Below, piece by piece: positions 1 through 8,716 of a stretch of DNA of 39,898 nt. The notes below the pieces were generated by a model. It saw nothing but the letters and a program-made list of their open reading frames with translations. It was not told the origin of the DNA and searched no databases. Source of the DNA: Anaerolineales bacterium (lineage in GTDB: Bacteria > Chloroflexota > Anaerolineae > Anaerolineales > UBA6663). The stretch covers positions 1-39,898 of the forward strand of contig JANWXR010000002.1 in the NCBI GenBank assembly GCA_025057205.1, read 5' to 3'. Position 1 is the first letter of the stretch; each line of letters starts with the position of its first letter. Made by a program: the position numbers and the translations under genes.

Positions 1-440
1 GTAGTTATTGAATTTGCGCTGGGAAGCAACTCCTTGGGCGTTATTTCCGGTACCAGTGCACGATAAGCAGGCAAGTAAAAAGCGTATGCCAGACCAAAGA
101 GCACCTTAACAGCGAAAATATGCCATACCGCCAAGTCATCGCTAAGGGCCGCCCAGGCCAGCAATAGCACTGCACTACCCTGTACAACGTCAGCCACCAA
201 CATCACATGCGCGCGCCGCAGCCGATCCACCACCACTCCACCGAATAGCAAGAGCATCAGCACTGGCACTCGGCTGAAGAGCAGGGCAGCGCCCATGGCA
301 AGAGGCGACCCCGTCATTTTGACTATCAGCCAAGCTAAGGCAATCTCGGTGAAATAGTTGCCCACTTGAGAGACCGCCTGGCCAGCCCATAAGATAGCAA
401 AAGGGCGATACCTCAGGGCTTTGACTAATGCAACGTTCAT
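1..440 (-). CDS. MFS-type transporter, N-terminal part (gene runs off the left edge)
   Basis: My own translation of the minus strand from the ATG (complement of 438-440) gives MNVALVKALRYRPFAILWAGQAVSQVGNYFTEIALAWLIVKMTGSPLAMGAALLFSRVPVLMLLLFGGVVVDRLRRAHVMLVADVVQGSAVLLLAWAAL... It shows alternating hydrophobic helices and a D-R-L-R-R loop typical of MFS (EntS/MFS_3-like) exporters. It is absent from the ORF track because it has no in-window stop. The listed 190..459 ORF is a different frame of the same DNA. Confidence 0.7.
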   Translation of the reverse strand, partial: MNVALVKALRYRPFAILWAGQAVSQVGNYFTEIALAWLIVKMTGSPLAMGAALLFSRVPVLMLLLFGGVVVDRLRRAHVMLVADVVQGSAVLLLAWAALSDDLAVWHIFAVKVLFGLAYAFYLPAYRALVPEITPKELLPSANSIT

Positions 441-716
441 GAGCATGTTTTATTTCCAATGAGGCTTTGTTGCGCGATTATGGCCCAAAGCGTCGCTCGC
501 TTGGGCGGCTGCATGCCAGCATACTTGCCGCATCAGCAAATCGCCTTCTCTGCATTACAGTGCGCTGTGAGTGTTAGGAGAGTTGTCCTCTCTGCCTTGT
601 TGTACGTCATCGTTGCTACTGAGTTTTGATGAAATAATTTCCGCCCAAAAACCCAATTTTCTCTTGCAAAAACGCCATTTTGAGCGGAAATTAGAGCGAA
701 TTCCTAACTCACCTTA

Positions 717-817
717 CTGGACTTTGGCAAATGGAATTTTTGGTGCCAGATATGGCGGCCTGCTGCTTTGCCTGACCGCCATATCTTGTGTCCGAGCCAG
801 GATTTGCCAGACTCCAG
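717..817. mobile_element. 101-bp palindromic MITE-like element (family B), copy nested in the IS terminus
   Basis: About 87% identical (manual alignment, reverse orientation) to 17050-17150. It has terminal inverted repeats CTGGA(C/G)T(T/C)TGGCAAAT and a central 11-bp perfect hairpin AGATATGGCGG/CCGCCATATCT. It is bounded by TCACCTTA at 709-716 and 818-825. Confidence 0.8.
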
Positions 818-822
818 TCACC

Positions 823-1418
823 TTACGCAGCCAGCGGAGTGGGTTTGAGTTCTCGCAGGGCAGCAAAAGCGGATTGGATGGCACGCAGATACAACTTTGA
901 CTTGAGAGCAAAGTGATAGAGCTTCGTGTCGCCTTTGAGCAGTTCAAGCTTGATGTAACCGCACAAAGCCGCAAAGAAGTGGTTGGTTTGTGCCGGAGCA
1001 AACCAGATATCACTGAGCGCATATTTGATACGGAATCCGGTTTTTCACAGCTTGTTGCAACCGACAGCGATACGCCCCGGCTGTGAGATAAGCAAGTCAC
1101 AAAGTGGATGCCCTTGACATTGCGCTGTTTAGAATGGTCATCGTGCCAGCAAATGAGGTCGTTTGCGTCTGTGTACGGCTTCTCGGCAATACTGTCATCT
1201 ACAATCATGACGCCATCCGCGCTCTCCATCTGGCGCACATGTGGCTTGGCTATCCGCCATAAATCCGCCGAGGTCCGCTCCCGCCCCGCCAACATCCGTT
1301 GGATTTGGTCGTGGCTGACTTCTCCGCCCAACAGAGAAGACAAGCCGGTCGCCGTCGTCTGCCCGAAGGCGTTAATCAGATAATCACTGTACAGGTCGAA
1401 GAGTTTGCTGTTTTTCAT
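823..1418 (-). pseudogene. DDE transposase (IS701/IS4-like), internally deleted
   Basis: The N-terminus MKNSKLFDLYSDYLINAFGQTTATGLSSLLGGEVSHDQIQRMLAGRERTSADLWRIAKPHVRQMESADGVMIVDDSIAEKPYTDANDLICWHDDHSKQRNVKGIHF is transposase-like. After about 120 aa the listed ORF becomes nonsense. A different frame reads the family C-terminus ...QTNHFFAALCGYIKLELLKGDTKLYHFALKSKLYLRAIQSAFAALRELKPTPLAA*, with its stop at 823-825. The catalytic middle is missing. Confidence 0.75.
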
Positions 1419-1548
1419 GGGCTGATTTTACGCAAAACTGCGTAAGGTGAGTTCCTAATAGATTTACGGCTCCGCAGTAGAAACTCACTGAAAACAGATC
1501 GAATTTTGTACGCCTTGCCGTAAATCAAGCTGGAAATCGCTCTAAGGC

Positions 1549-4050
1549 TCAGTGAACAGCCTGGCTGCTGATGGCGGCAATCTCCGTTTCTGCGCCGTCC
1601 ACTTCGATCTGCCAATAGGGAGTCCAACCGATGCCGAATAGCTCTACGAGGATGTCGCCCCGGCGCGGCGTGACTCGGAGTTCCTGGATGTTTTGAGCGA
1701 GGTTCATCCACTTGCTCTGGCTGGCCTGGAACAATGCCTGCGCTTCGCGCTTCAGACCGTCAATCTGCGCTTGTAATCGCTGTACGGCCTCTTCGCCCTG
1801 TTCCACTTCCGCGCGCGTCTTTTTCACCAGCCGCGAGCGCATACTGGCTGTGGACATAGGCCGGTGGGGGGTGCGTCCCAGCATGAAGCCGATAATGTTC
1901 TCGATGCTCGTCCAGCGGTCCTCGGCCTCGCGGGCGCGCAGTTGCTCGCGGTCTTCTTCCAAGTCGCGCTGCGAAGCGATCAGCCGCTCTTCGAGGCGGT
2001 CGAGCTGACGGTCGAAGCGCGCGCGGATGGTCTCGACTTCAGCGTGCATCCGGGCATCCGCAGCGCGCCGGCACTCTTCCAGAAACTCGGCGTAGGACTG
2101 GCCGGGCCGGGAGACCAGCTTGAGCGTGGGGTTGTGGTAAAGGGTGAAATCTGCCGTGCGGTAGAGATAATTCACAAAGTCTTTCTGCCAGGCGGCCAGC
2201 TTCTTTGCATCGGTCAGGGCCAGCGGCACGTCGCCGCGCAGCACGGCGGCCTGCGGCGCGCTGCGCGAGATCGAGCCGGGCGCGAAGGCGGCGGTTTCGT
2301 GCTCGCGCCAGTGCGGGGCGAAATCCGGCGATGGGTCGGGCACGAGGCAGGCGAAGCGCCGGTCGGTGTTCAACTGCGCCTTCTGCGAAAGGTAGCGCAC
2401 TACGGCCTGAGTCAGCAGCGCAGGCCGGTACACTAGCGTTGCCGCTTCGCCAAACTGCGCGCGCCGATTGCCTGTCGCTGCGCGCCATTCAGCCACCGAG
2501 TCTTCTAGCGAACGCGCCGGCAGAAAGTATTGCGGGATGGCGGATGGTATGGCCTGTGATGGCCGGTTTTTGATTGTTGATTTCTGATTGGCCGCCGGCG
2601 TTGCCATGCTGCCGGATTTTCGGCTCGTGACTCCTGCTTCCCGCTCCCCGGCCTCCGGCCCTTGAACGGGCTTGAAGACGCGAATCTGTTCGCGCGTGAG
2701 CGGGCCGGCCAGGTAGCTCATCGCCCAGCGCGTCTGGAAGAGGACCGGGCCGTCACCGTGGACGTTGTTGAGCAGGAACTGGCGCGGGGCGAGCGAAGAG
2801 ATGAGTGAGTCGAGATCGGCGATGCGAAGATGGGCGCGCGCGGCGGAGGAGATGGTCTCCAGACCTTCGAGCAGGCGGGCCTTGTCGCGCTCGGTTTGCA
2901 GCTTGCCGATGAACCAGGTGCCGGTGTTGGTCAGGCCCTTATAGTCGAGGTCGCCGGGGTTCTGCGTGACCAGCAGCACGCCCAGGCCGAAGGCGCGCGC
3001 CTGTTTGAGCAGCCGCATCAACGGCGTCTTGGTCGGCGGGTTGAACGGGTAGGGCGGGAAGTAGCCGTACACCTCGTCGAAGTACAACAGCGCGCGCAGC
3101 GAGGTGGTTCCGCTCTGTCCGCGCAGCCAGGCCACCGCCTGCTCCAGCAGCAGGGTGATGAAGAACATGCGCTCTGGCTCGGTGAGGTGGGCGACGTACA
3201 GGATGGAGATGCGCGGTTTGCCCTCCGGCGTGCGCAGCAGCGCGCTGATGTCGAGTGGCTCGCCGTTGATCCACGACCGGAACGACGGCGCGGCGATGAT
3301 GGCGTTGAGGTCGAGCGCCAGCTTGAGGCGGTCGGCCTCGGGGTAGAAGCGGTCCACCTCGAACACGCCCAGCCGCTCGAAGGGCGGGTTTTGCACCTGC
3401 AATATCAGCTCGCCGAGGTCAAGCGACGGGTCGTTCTTCCAGGCGTGCTCGAAGAGGTTGGCGAGCAGGATGTGCTCGCGACTCTTCACCGGGTCGGCCT
3501 GCACGCCGATGAGGCCGAGCAGTCCCGAACAGACTCCGGCGATGCGCTCGCGCATCAGCTCCTGATTCTCGTCCCAGGGCAGGTCGGGCCGCTGCAGCGA
3601 TTTGAGGATGCTGATGGGCCGGCCAGCGTCGGAGCCGGGCGTGTAGAGCGCCCACTCGACCGAGTCCTTCAATCGCCTAAGGTGTTCCGGCCCCAGGCCC
3701 CACTCGGCCAGGCCGGCGCGCCAGCGTTCCGCCGCCTGTGCCGCGTAGGCTTCTACGGAGAGCTTCGCGCGCCGCGCCTCGTCCACGTTCACCCAGGGCG
3801 CGAAGTCCTCGGCCCTCAGCTCGGGGAATTGCAGCAGCAGGTTGGCGATGTCGCCCTTGGGGTCTATCAGGATGGCGGGCAGGCCGTGCAGCGCGGCCTC
3901 TTCGAGCAGGGTGACGCACAGGCCGGTCTTGCCGCTGCCCGTCATGCCGACGCAGACCGCGTGCGTGGTCAGGTCGGCGGGGTCGTACTCGAGGCGCCGG
4001 CCGGTGGGCTGTTGCGTGCGAGGATCAAGTTGTTGACCGAGAAAGAACAT
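1549..4050 (-). CDS. HerA/FtsK-superfamily P-loop ATPase (about 833 aa) with a C-terminal coiled-coil region
   Basis: Walker A GMTGSGKTG is encoded near 3922-3948 and a Walker B-like LLYFDEV is present, together with a VLLVTQNPGDLDYKG motif. The C-terminal segment is heptad-rich (RFDRQLDRLEERLIASQRDLEEDREQLRAREAE...). I moved the start to the ATG at 4048-4050 (MFFLGQQLDP...). The 89 upstream codons of the track ORF overlap the neighbouring gene and look non-coding. Confidence 0.8.
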   Translation of the reverse strand: MFFLGQQLDPRTQQPTGRRLEYDPADLTTHAVCVGMTGSGKTGLCVTLLEEAALHGLPAILIDPKGDIANLLLQFPELRAEDFAPWVNVDEARRAKLSVEAYAAQAAERWRAGLAEWGLGPEHLRRLKDSVEWALYTPGSDAGRPISILKSLQRPDLPWDENQELMRERIAGVCSGLLGLIGVQADPVKSREHILLANLFEHAWKNDPSLDLGELILQVQNPPFERLGVFEVDRFYPEADRLKLALDLNAIIAAPSFRSWINGEPLDISALLRTPEGKPRISILYVAHLTEPERMFFITLLLEQAVAWLRGQSGTTSLRALLYFDEVYGYFPPYPFNPPTKTPLMRLLKQARAFGLGVLLVTQNPGDLDYKGLTNTGTWFIGKLQTERDKARLLEGLETISSAARAHLRIADLDSLISSLAPRQFLLNNVHGDGPVLFQTRWAMSYLAGPLTREQIRVFKPVQGPEAGEREAGVTSRKSGSMATPAANQKSTIKNRPSQAIPSAIPQYFLPARSLEDSVAEWRAATGNRRAQFGEAATLVYRPALLTQAVVRYLSQKAQLNTDRRFACLVPDPSPDFAPHWREHETAAFAPGSISRSAPQAAVLRGDVPLALTDAKKLAAWQKDFVNYLYRTADFTLYHNPTLKLVSRPGQSYAEFLEECRRAADARMHAEVETIRARFDRQLDRLEERLIASQRDLEEDREQLRAREAEDRWTSIENIIGFMLGRTPHRPMSTASMRSRLVKKTRAEVEQGEEAVQRLQAQIDGLKREAQALFQASQSKWMNLAQNIQELRVTPRRGDILVELFGIGWTPYWQIEVDGAETEIAAISSQAVH

Positions 4051-4124
4051 GGGCACATTTTCGGTGCAAAGGCGTACAGGCGCAAGGCGCAAGCACGGCC
4101 CGGGATCACGAACGCAACGCACGT

Positions 4125-4595
4125 TCAGCGCCGCTGTGCCCACGGCGGCGCAACCAAAGCGAACCCCAGCGCCAACAGCCCGCCCAGCACACTCCAGCCG
4201 CCTAGGCTGAGCAAATTCAATTCCGGATTGGCGTTGGTCATGGTCAATATCTGGAATGCCTGAATGCTCAAGCCGCCCAGCGCCCAGACGATGAGCCAAG
4301 CCGCCAGCCAGCGGCAAGAAGGCCGCCAGAGAGGCAAGACCAGTAGCCCGCTCGCCAGGCCGCCTGCCAGCCCCGCAACGCCTCCGCTCACCAGCAGGCC
4401 CGGCAGCAACGCCGTCACAAAAACGATGCCGGCGAGAATCCAGTCGCCGGCCTGGTCGCCGAGGCCGACGGCGAGGGCGAATGTGAGTTGGCCGAGCACA
4501 GTTGCGATGAAGGCGGCGAGCAAGCCGCTCACGCCTCCGAAGAGGAACATCAGGCCGAGATTGCGCCGGGGATGATGAGAAGGTTGGCTCGTCAT
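4125..4595 (-). CDS. Small polytopic membrane protein (about 156 aa), function unknown
   Basis: From the ATG at 4593-4595 it reads MTSQPSHHPRRNLGLMFLFGGVSGLLAAFIATVLGQLTFALAVGLG... It has four or five Gly/Leu/Ala-rich hydrophobic segments and lies 74 nt upstream of the ATPase gene on the same strand. Confidence 0.6.
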   Translation of the reverse strand: MTSQPSHHPRRNLGLMFLFGGVSGLLAAFIATVLGQLTFALAVGLGDQAGDWILAGIVFVTALLPGLLVSGGVAGLAGGLASGLLVLPLWRPSCRWLAAWLIVWALGGLSIQAFQILTMTNANPELNLLSLGGWSVLGGLLALGFALVAPPWAQRR

Positions 4596-4763
4596 AGGAA
4601 GCGCCGTGTCATCAGCGAATTGCCTTGATCGGGTTCGGAATTGCGGGCTGATTCTACAAAAAAGGCGATAGCACTGCCGTCGCCAAACCACCGCCGTCGC
4701 GCTTCACTGCCGCATCAGCCCCTCGCGCCAAGTCGCTGCTTACTGTTTCCGGCGGGGCCGTGG

Positions 4764-4872
4764 GCCTACGGCCCGGCGCTGCGCGGGCGCGCGAGCAGCA
4801 AGGCGAGCGCGGCAATCGTCAGGGCGAGGATGACGGTGGCGGCCAGCCCGCCATCCGGCCCGAACGCGCCGC
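4764..4872 (-). repeat. Duplicated copy of the last ~109 bp of the CPBP protease gene (compare 5683-5791)
   Basis: Manual alignment gives about 100/109 identical bases. The copy still reads GAFGPDGGLAATVILALTIAALALLLARPRSAGP*, against GAFGPEGGLAATVILALAIAALALLLALPRSAGP* at the true gene end. Similarity stops abruptly at 4872/5791. Confidence 0.85.
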
Positions 4873-4941
4873 TCCCCTTGATAGCGAGTTGTCTGAACGC
4901 TTCGCCGCAACTGCAACGCCGGCTGGGCGAAGGCGCACCGG

Positions 4942-5166
4942 CTAGAGCCTCGCCCGACTTTCCCGAATGGCTTCGAGGATATCGCGTTTCGTGATTGGGA
5001 GCCTGACGCTCCTGACGTCAAAAGGCGAAGTCTTGGGCGGGCGCGCCGGGCGAATAACGAAGACCCGTCCGTCCCGGCTTTTGAACTTCACTTGCCCTTC
5101 GGCCAGGGCCTTCTCCAGCAGAGCCGGAAGCTGTTCGCGCACTTCGGCGTCGGTGTAAATAGTCAT
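4942..5166 (-). CDS. Type II antitoxin, Phd/YefM-like (74 aa)
   Basis: MTIYTDAEVREQLPALLEKALAEGQVKFKSRDGRVFVIRP... matches the usual Phd/YefM N-terminal pattern. It overlaps the upstream PIN gene by 4 bp in an ATGA junction (5163-5166). Confidence 0.7.
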   Translation of the reverse strand: MTIYTDAEVREQLPALLEKALAEGQVKFKSRDGRVFVIRPARPPKTSPFDVRSVRLPITKRDILEAIRESRARL

Positions 5167-5561
5167 GGTTCCACCTCAATAACTTGAATGCCTTCACGTC
5201 TTGCGATGTCGTTCAACCTCTGATCCAGCGAGATGAGCGGCAGGCTGTGTTCGATGGCGCATTGAAGGACATAGGCATCGTAGGCGTAGATATCGAGTTT
5301 GCCTGCCAGCCTCACGGCTGCCTTCAGGTCTATGTCCAGGATTTCCAGCGCGATTTCCTGAAATACCTCGATGGCTTCGAGCGCCTGCTCCAGATTAATC
5401 CGTGACCGCTTGAGCATCGCGGAAAAGGCGTTGCCGACTTCCCAAGCAATCGAAGGGGGCGCAACGATAGTCGCGTCGCGGGTCAGCTCAATCAACCTGG
5501 CCTTTTCGGCTTCGCCGGCGATTACGGCAATCACGGTTGACGTATCAACGACGATCCTCAT
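5163..5561 (-). CDS. vapC: PIN-domain ribonuclease toxin (VapC-like, 132 aa)
   Basis: MRIVVDTSTVIAVIAGE... supplies the first acidic PIN residue. Later acidic residues occur in DIYAYDAYVLQCA and ISLDQRL. The size and the coupling to a small antitoxin-like ORF also fit. Confidence 0.8.
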   Translation of the reverse strand: MRIVVDTSTVIAVIAGEAEKARLIELTRDATIVAPPSIAWEVGNAFSAMLKRSRINLEQALEAIEVFQEIALEILDIDLKAAVRLAGKLDIYAYDAYVLQCAIEHSLPLISLDQRLNDIARREGIQVIEVEP

Positions 5562-5684
5562 GAGCGCCTCTGCCCGGATTGTAGCACGCGATTGGGCGAT
5601 TGCACCCGAATAACCGGCATCGTGTCCCCTGCGGAGCTTGCCGCTGCCGATGGGATTCCTTTAGCAGACAGCGAAGTTGCGCGC

Positions 5685-6623
5685 CTATGGCCCGGCGCTG
5701 CGCGGAAGCGCAAGCAGCAACGCGAGCGCGGCAATCGCCAGGGCGAGGATAACGGTGGCGGCCAGCCCACCCTCCGGCCCGAACGCGCCGCCGGTGAACC
5801 AATCCGGCCCGGCCTCCGCCAGGTTGAACAGCATCGGCCCGGTCTCGGCGCTGCCGCTCACCTGCAGGCCGAAGACGTTGCCCTGCATCCAGTTCCACGC
5901 CGCGTGCGCGGCACAGATGCCCCACAGCGACCTCTCCCAGAGCGCATACAGCGCGGCGAAGACGGCGAACAGGAACAAGTTGAGCAGCGGCAGCGCGCCG
6001 ATGTTCGGGTTGAGGCCGTGCAGCACGACGAAGACAAGCGAAGAGACGAGCAGGCCCAGCCACGGCCTGTAGCGCGCGCCGATCACGTTCATTAGCCAGC
6101 CGCGCGTCAGCGCCTCCTCCGCCGCGCCCTGCACCATCCACCCCAAAAAGATGACCAGCACGCCGCCGAGGGCGAACCACCCCTCGCGCTCCGGCAGGCC
6201 TGCCTCGGGCGCAACGTAGCCGAACGGCAACATCAGGCCGACGCTGGCCGCAAACATCCCGCCGCCGACGAGCAGGCCACGCGCGTACTTCCACGCCGCG
6301 CCGTCGCGCTCGAATCCCAGAGTCCACAGCGGGCGCTTCTCGAACAGCCGCAGCCACAGCGCGAGCAGGATGAAGATGGGGCCGAAAGCGGCAACGAGAA
6401 AGAGGGCAATCGCGGCCCCGTGGATCAGCGGCTGGTCACGCGGCAGGCCACGGTCGCCGAAGACGAGCCACTGCGCGAGCAACAACGGCAGGCCGCCGCC
6501 GACCTGCGCGGCCAGCACAAAGACGAACGTTAGCGGGATGGCGAGGGCGATATGCGGCAGGCGTTTGCCGGCGCGGGCAAGCTCGAAGAGGCGGTGGCCG
6601 GGTTGGACGAATGGCGCAAGCAT
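5685..6623 (-). CDS. CPBP-family intramembrane glutamic endopeptidase (CAAX protease-like)
   Basis: It is a polytopic membrane protein with the EExxxR motif (AAEEALTRGWL) and FxxxH motif (SSLVFVVLHGLNPN). Confidence 0.8.
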   Translation of the reverse strand: MLAPFVQPGHRLFELARAGKRLPHIALAIPLTFVFVLAAQVGGGLPLLLAQWLVFGDRGLPRDQPLIHGAAIALFLVAAFGPIFILLALWLRLFEKRPLWTLGFERDGAAWKYARGLLVGGGMFAASVGLMLPFGYVAPEAGLPEREGWFALGGVLVIFLGWMVQGAAEEALTRGWLMNVIGARYRPWLGLLVSSLVFVVLHGLNPNIGALPLLNLFLFAVFAALYALWERSLWGICAAHAAWNWMQGNVFGLQVSGSAETGPMLFNLAEAGPDWFTGGAFGPEGGLAATVILALAIAALALLLALPRSAGP

Positions 6624-6648
6624 CGCAGCGAACGAGGGCGCCTTCTGC

Positions 6649-7056
6649 TTAGCTGATGAACTGGATGATGTAGCTGAGGTAGCCGCGCCGGCCGCGCTCC
6701 TTCGTCCACAGCGTTACCGATTTGCGGATGCGCTTGAGGCAGGCCACGATTTCTTCCGGCGTCAGGGGCGTCAGTCCCACATCAACCGGGCGGCCTGCAT
6801 CGTCATACAGGTGCTCACGACCGAGTCGCCAATCGCAGACCGCTTTGACGGTCTCATAGACTTGCTGCGCCGGCGGCGAGAGGCGCACCGCCGGGGCCGC
6901 GCGCCCGCGCACCTCGGCCTGATAAGCGCGTATCAAACCTTCGAGAGCGTGTTCAACGTCCACGTCCAGCAATTGCGGGTTGGATCTGTACACCTGCACG
7001 ATCCCGGACTCGATGTTTTGCAGCACGTCTATATGGTTTTCTTCGAATTCCGTCAT
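6649..7056 (-). CDS. Conserved hypothetical protein (135 aa)
   Basis: A clean ORF with coding-like composition, tightly packed between the DUF72 and CPBP genes on the same strand. I recognise no motif. Confidence 0.55.
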   Translation of the reverse strand: MTEFEENHIDVLQNIESGIVQVYRSNPQLLDVDVEHALEGLIRAYQAEVRGRAAPAVRLSPPAQQVYETVKAVCDWRLGREHLYDDAGRPVDVGLTPLTPEEIVACLKRIRKSVTLWTKERGRRGYLSYIIQFIS

Positions 7057-7071
7057 GTCTGCCTCTGATGG

Positions 7072-7929
7072 TCAAAGCAAGTTCGCCTGCGCCGGTGCGG
7101 GCAGCGCCTCCCACTCCGGCAGCGGCGAGATGGGGTGGCGCTCCTTGACCAGCGCATGGAAGAAGCGCGCCATGGCGGGCGCGTGCGTGTCATCCGGGTT
7201 GTGAAGGAAGAAGAACACCTCGTCGCCCGCGCGCAGCCATTCGGCGACGGCATCCGCCCACGCTTCCAGCCAGGGGCGGTTGGCCATCACCTCCGGCTGG
7301 CCGACGAAGCGGACGAAGGCGAACGACGTAGTGCGAGTGCGCCTCAACGGGAGCTTCGGTTTCCGGCTCTGCGCCTCGGCGACATCCAGGCTGTGGTCTT
7401 GCGGCAGCGCGAATAGCGCCGTCGTGTCAAAGATGCTGCGCGCAACGCCGTGCTCGCGGAGCGCCTCGTCGAAGCGCGCCTCGTTCACGCCGCCGTCGAA
7501 GAAGTCGGCGTGGCGCGGTTCGACGGCGTAGCGGAAGTTGCGGGATAGAGCTTGGAGATAAGAGATTAGAGAGTCGAGATGGGCGGCGCGGAAGGTGGGC
7601 GGCAATTGCAGGAAGGCCGGGCCGCAGCGGTCGCCGAGGCGCTCCAGCCGGTCGAGGAACGCGCGCGTCTCGGCCTCGCAGTTGCGCAGCCGCTTGCGGT
7701 GCGAGATAACCTGCGGGAACTTCAGGCAGAACTTGAAGCCGGGCGGGGTCGCCTCCCGCCAGCGCTCGACGGTGGCGGCATCGGGCAGAGCATAGAAAGT
7801 GGTGTTGCCCTCGACCGTGTTCAGCCGGCGGCTGTAGAGCGAGAGAAAATCCTTCTGCTTTGTGCCCTGGGGGAAGAAGCTGCCGGCCCAGCTCTTCAGA
7901 CCCCACATCGGGCAGCCCAGGAATAACAT
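7072..7929 (-). CDS. DUF72 (YecE/UPF0759) family protein
   Basis: MLFLGCPMWGLKSWAGSFFPQGTKQKDFLSLYSRRLNTVEGNTTFYALP...WREATPPGFKFCLKFPQVISH... is the characteristic DUF72 N-terminal pattern. Confidence 0.8.
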   Translation of the reverse strand: MLFLGCPMWGLKSWAGSFFPQGTKQKDFLSLYSRRLNTVEGNTTFYALPDAATVERWREATPPGFKFCLKFPQVISHRKRLRNCEAETRAFLDRLERLGDRCGPAFLQLPPTFRAAHLDSLISYLQALSRNFRYAVEPRHADFFDGGVNEARFDEALREHGVARSIFDTTALFALPQDHSLDVAEAQSRKPKLPLRRTRTTSFAFVRFVGQPEVMANRPWLEAWADAVAEWLRAGDEVFFFLHNPDDTHAPAMARFFHALVKERHPISPLPEWEALPAPAQANLL

Positions 7930-8075
7930 GCCGGAAATTATAACGGGCCGTTTGCCGCTGTGGCACGCGCACCTGGCATTTCATGGCATAACCGCAGTCG
8001 CACGCAACATACACGCGCTTTGCACGCAATCTTCATTGTCACAGAAAGTGAAGAAACTCTGATTCTCTTACACTC

Positions 8076-8660
8076 TTAAGAAGCGCTGTAACAAACCGCT
8101 TTGAAATGTTTCAAGGGCGATATGCGCGCCAGGAAGGGCGGTAACAAAGCGATATGGGTGGAAAGGCAGCGCCTCAACCAGCGGAGGCCGAGTTGAAACA
8201 GGCTCAGTTCGCGTTGCGGGCCGGGGTCAATCATCCGGCGCGCCGCTTCGCCCTGCGCCAAAACATGCTCGCCCAGCTCATGGCACCAGAGCTTGGCAAT
8301 GGCCAAAGCCAGCAACAGCCGTTCCAGGCGCTCTGCGTGCTGCAAGCGCGTATGAGCCATGTCGAAGCCGCCGGACTTATCATCGCGGAACCCTTCTGCG
8401 GTGTGCCTGCGCCGAGCATATTCCCGCAGGCGCGCGCGTGCGGCGGGCCGGTTGGAGATAATCGCCAGCGATTCGGACAAGTTCTTGGCATCACCTGTCG
8501 TCCAGGTCACCGTCCGATGGGTCAGCAGCTTGCCGTCCTGGGTCAAGCGGACGTGTTGGTCATAGCGGCGATGTCCCGGTCGTACGCCCAGCGCTTCAAT
8601 CGGCCCGTACCAAACTTATTGAAGCGGCACTTGATCCGCTCCGCTGGCGCTTCTTGACCT
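8076..8660 (-). pseudogene. IS4-like DDE transposase, C-terminal fragment with an upstream frameshift
   Basis: ...REYARRRHTAEGFRDDKSGGFDMAHTRLQHAERLERLLLALAIAKLWCHELG... resembles the Y-R-E-K region and tail of IS4-type transposases. Upstream sequence (8547-8660) continues in another frame and ends in a stop. There is no N-terminal catalytic part. Confidence 0.6.
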
Positions 8661-8716
8661 TCGCCAAAAAGGGCGTGTGTTGGCTTCACCACCGGATGTG
8701 CGGCTGACGCCCCAGG

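Larger units (their letters stand above)
708..1451 (-). mobile_element. Internally deleted IS (IS701/IS4-like DDE transposase remnant) with a 7-bp target duplication
   Basis: The ends are CTCACCTTAC (708-717) and GTAAGGTGAG (1442-1451). TTCCTAA is directly repeated at 701-707 and 1452-1458. The element carries a transposase gene with an internal deletion or frameshift. Confidence 0.8.
692..1544 (-). mobile_element. 102-bp MITE-like element (family A), copy 1, split by an IS insertion
   Basis: Positions 692-707 (16 nt) plus 1452-1544 (93 nt) reconstitute, after removing one TTCCTAA, the same 102-bp element found intact at 11194-11295 and 37617-37718. Its ends are TAGAGCGA(A/T)TTCC...GGAA(A/T)TCGCTCTA. 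Confidence 0.85.

Noticed and set aside
190-459. An 89-aa minus-strand ORF from the track.
   Set aside because: It is the wrong frame of the MFS transporter gene, whose own frame (start at 440) gives clean transmembrane helices.
4051-4317. Upstream extension of the ATPase ORF to 4317.
   Set aside because: It overlaps the 3' end of the membrane-protein gene, and its translation (MPLAGGLAHRLGAGRLEH...) is not protein-like. The conserved-looking N-terminus starts at MFFLGQQ.
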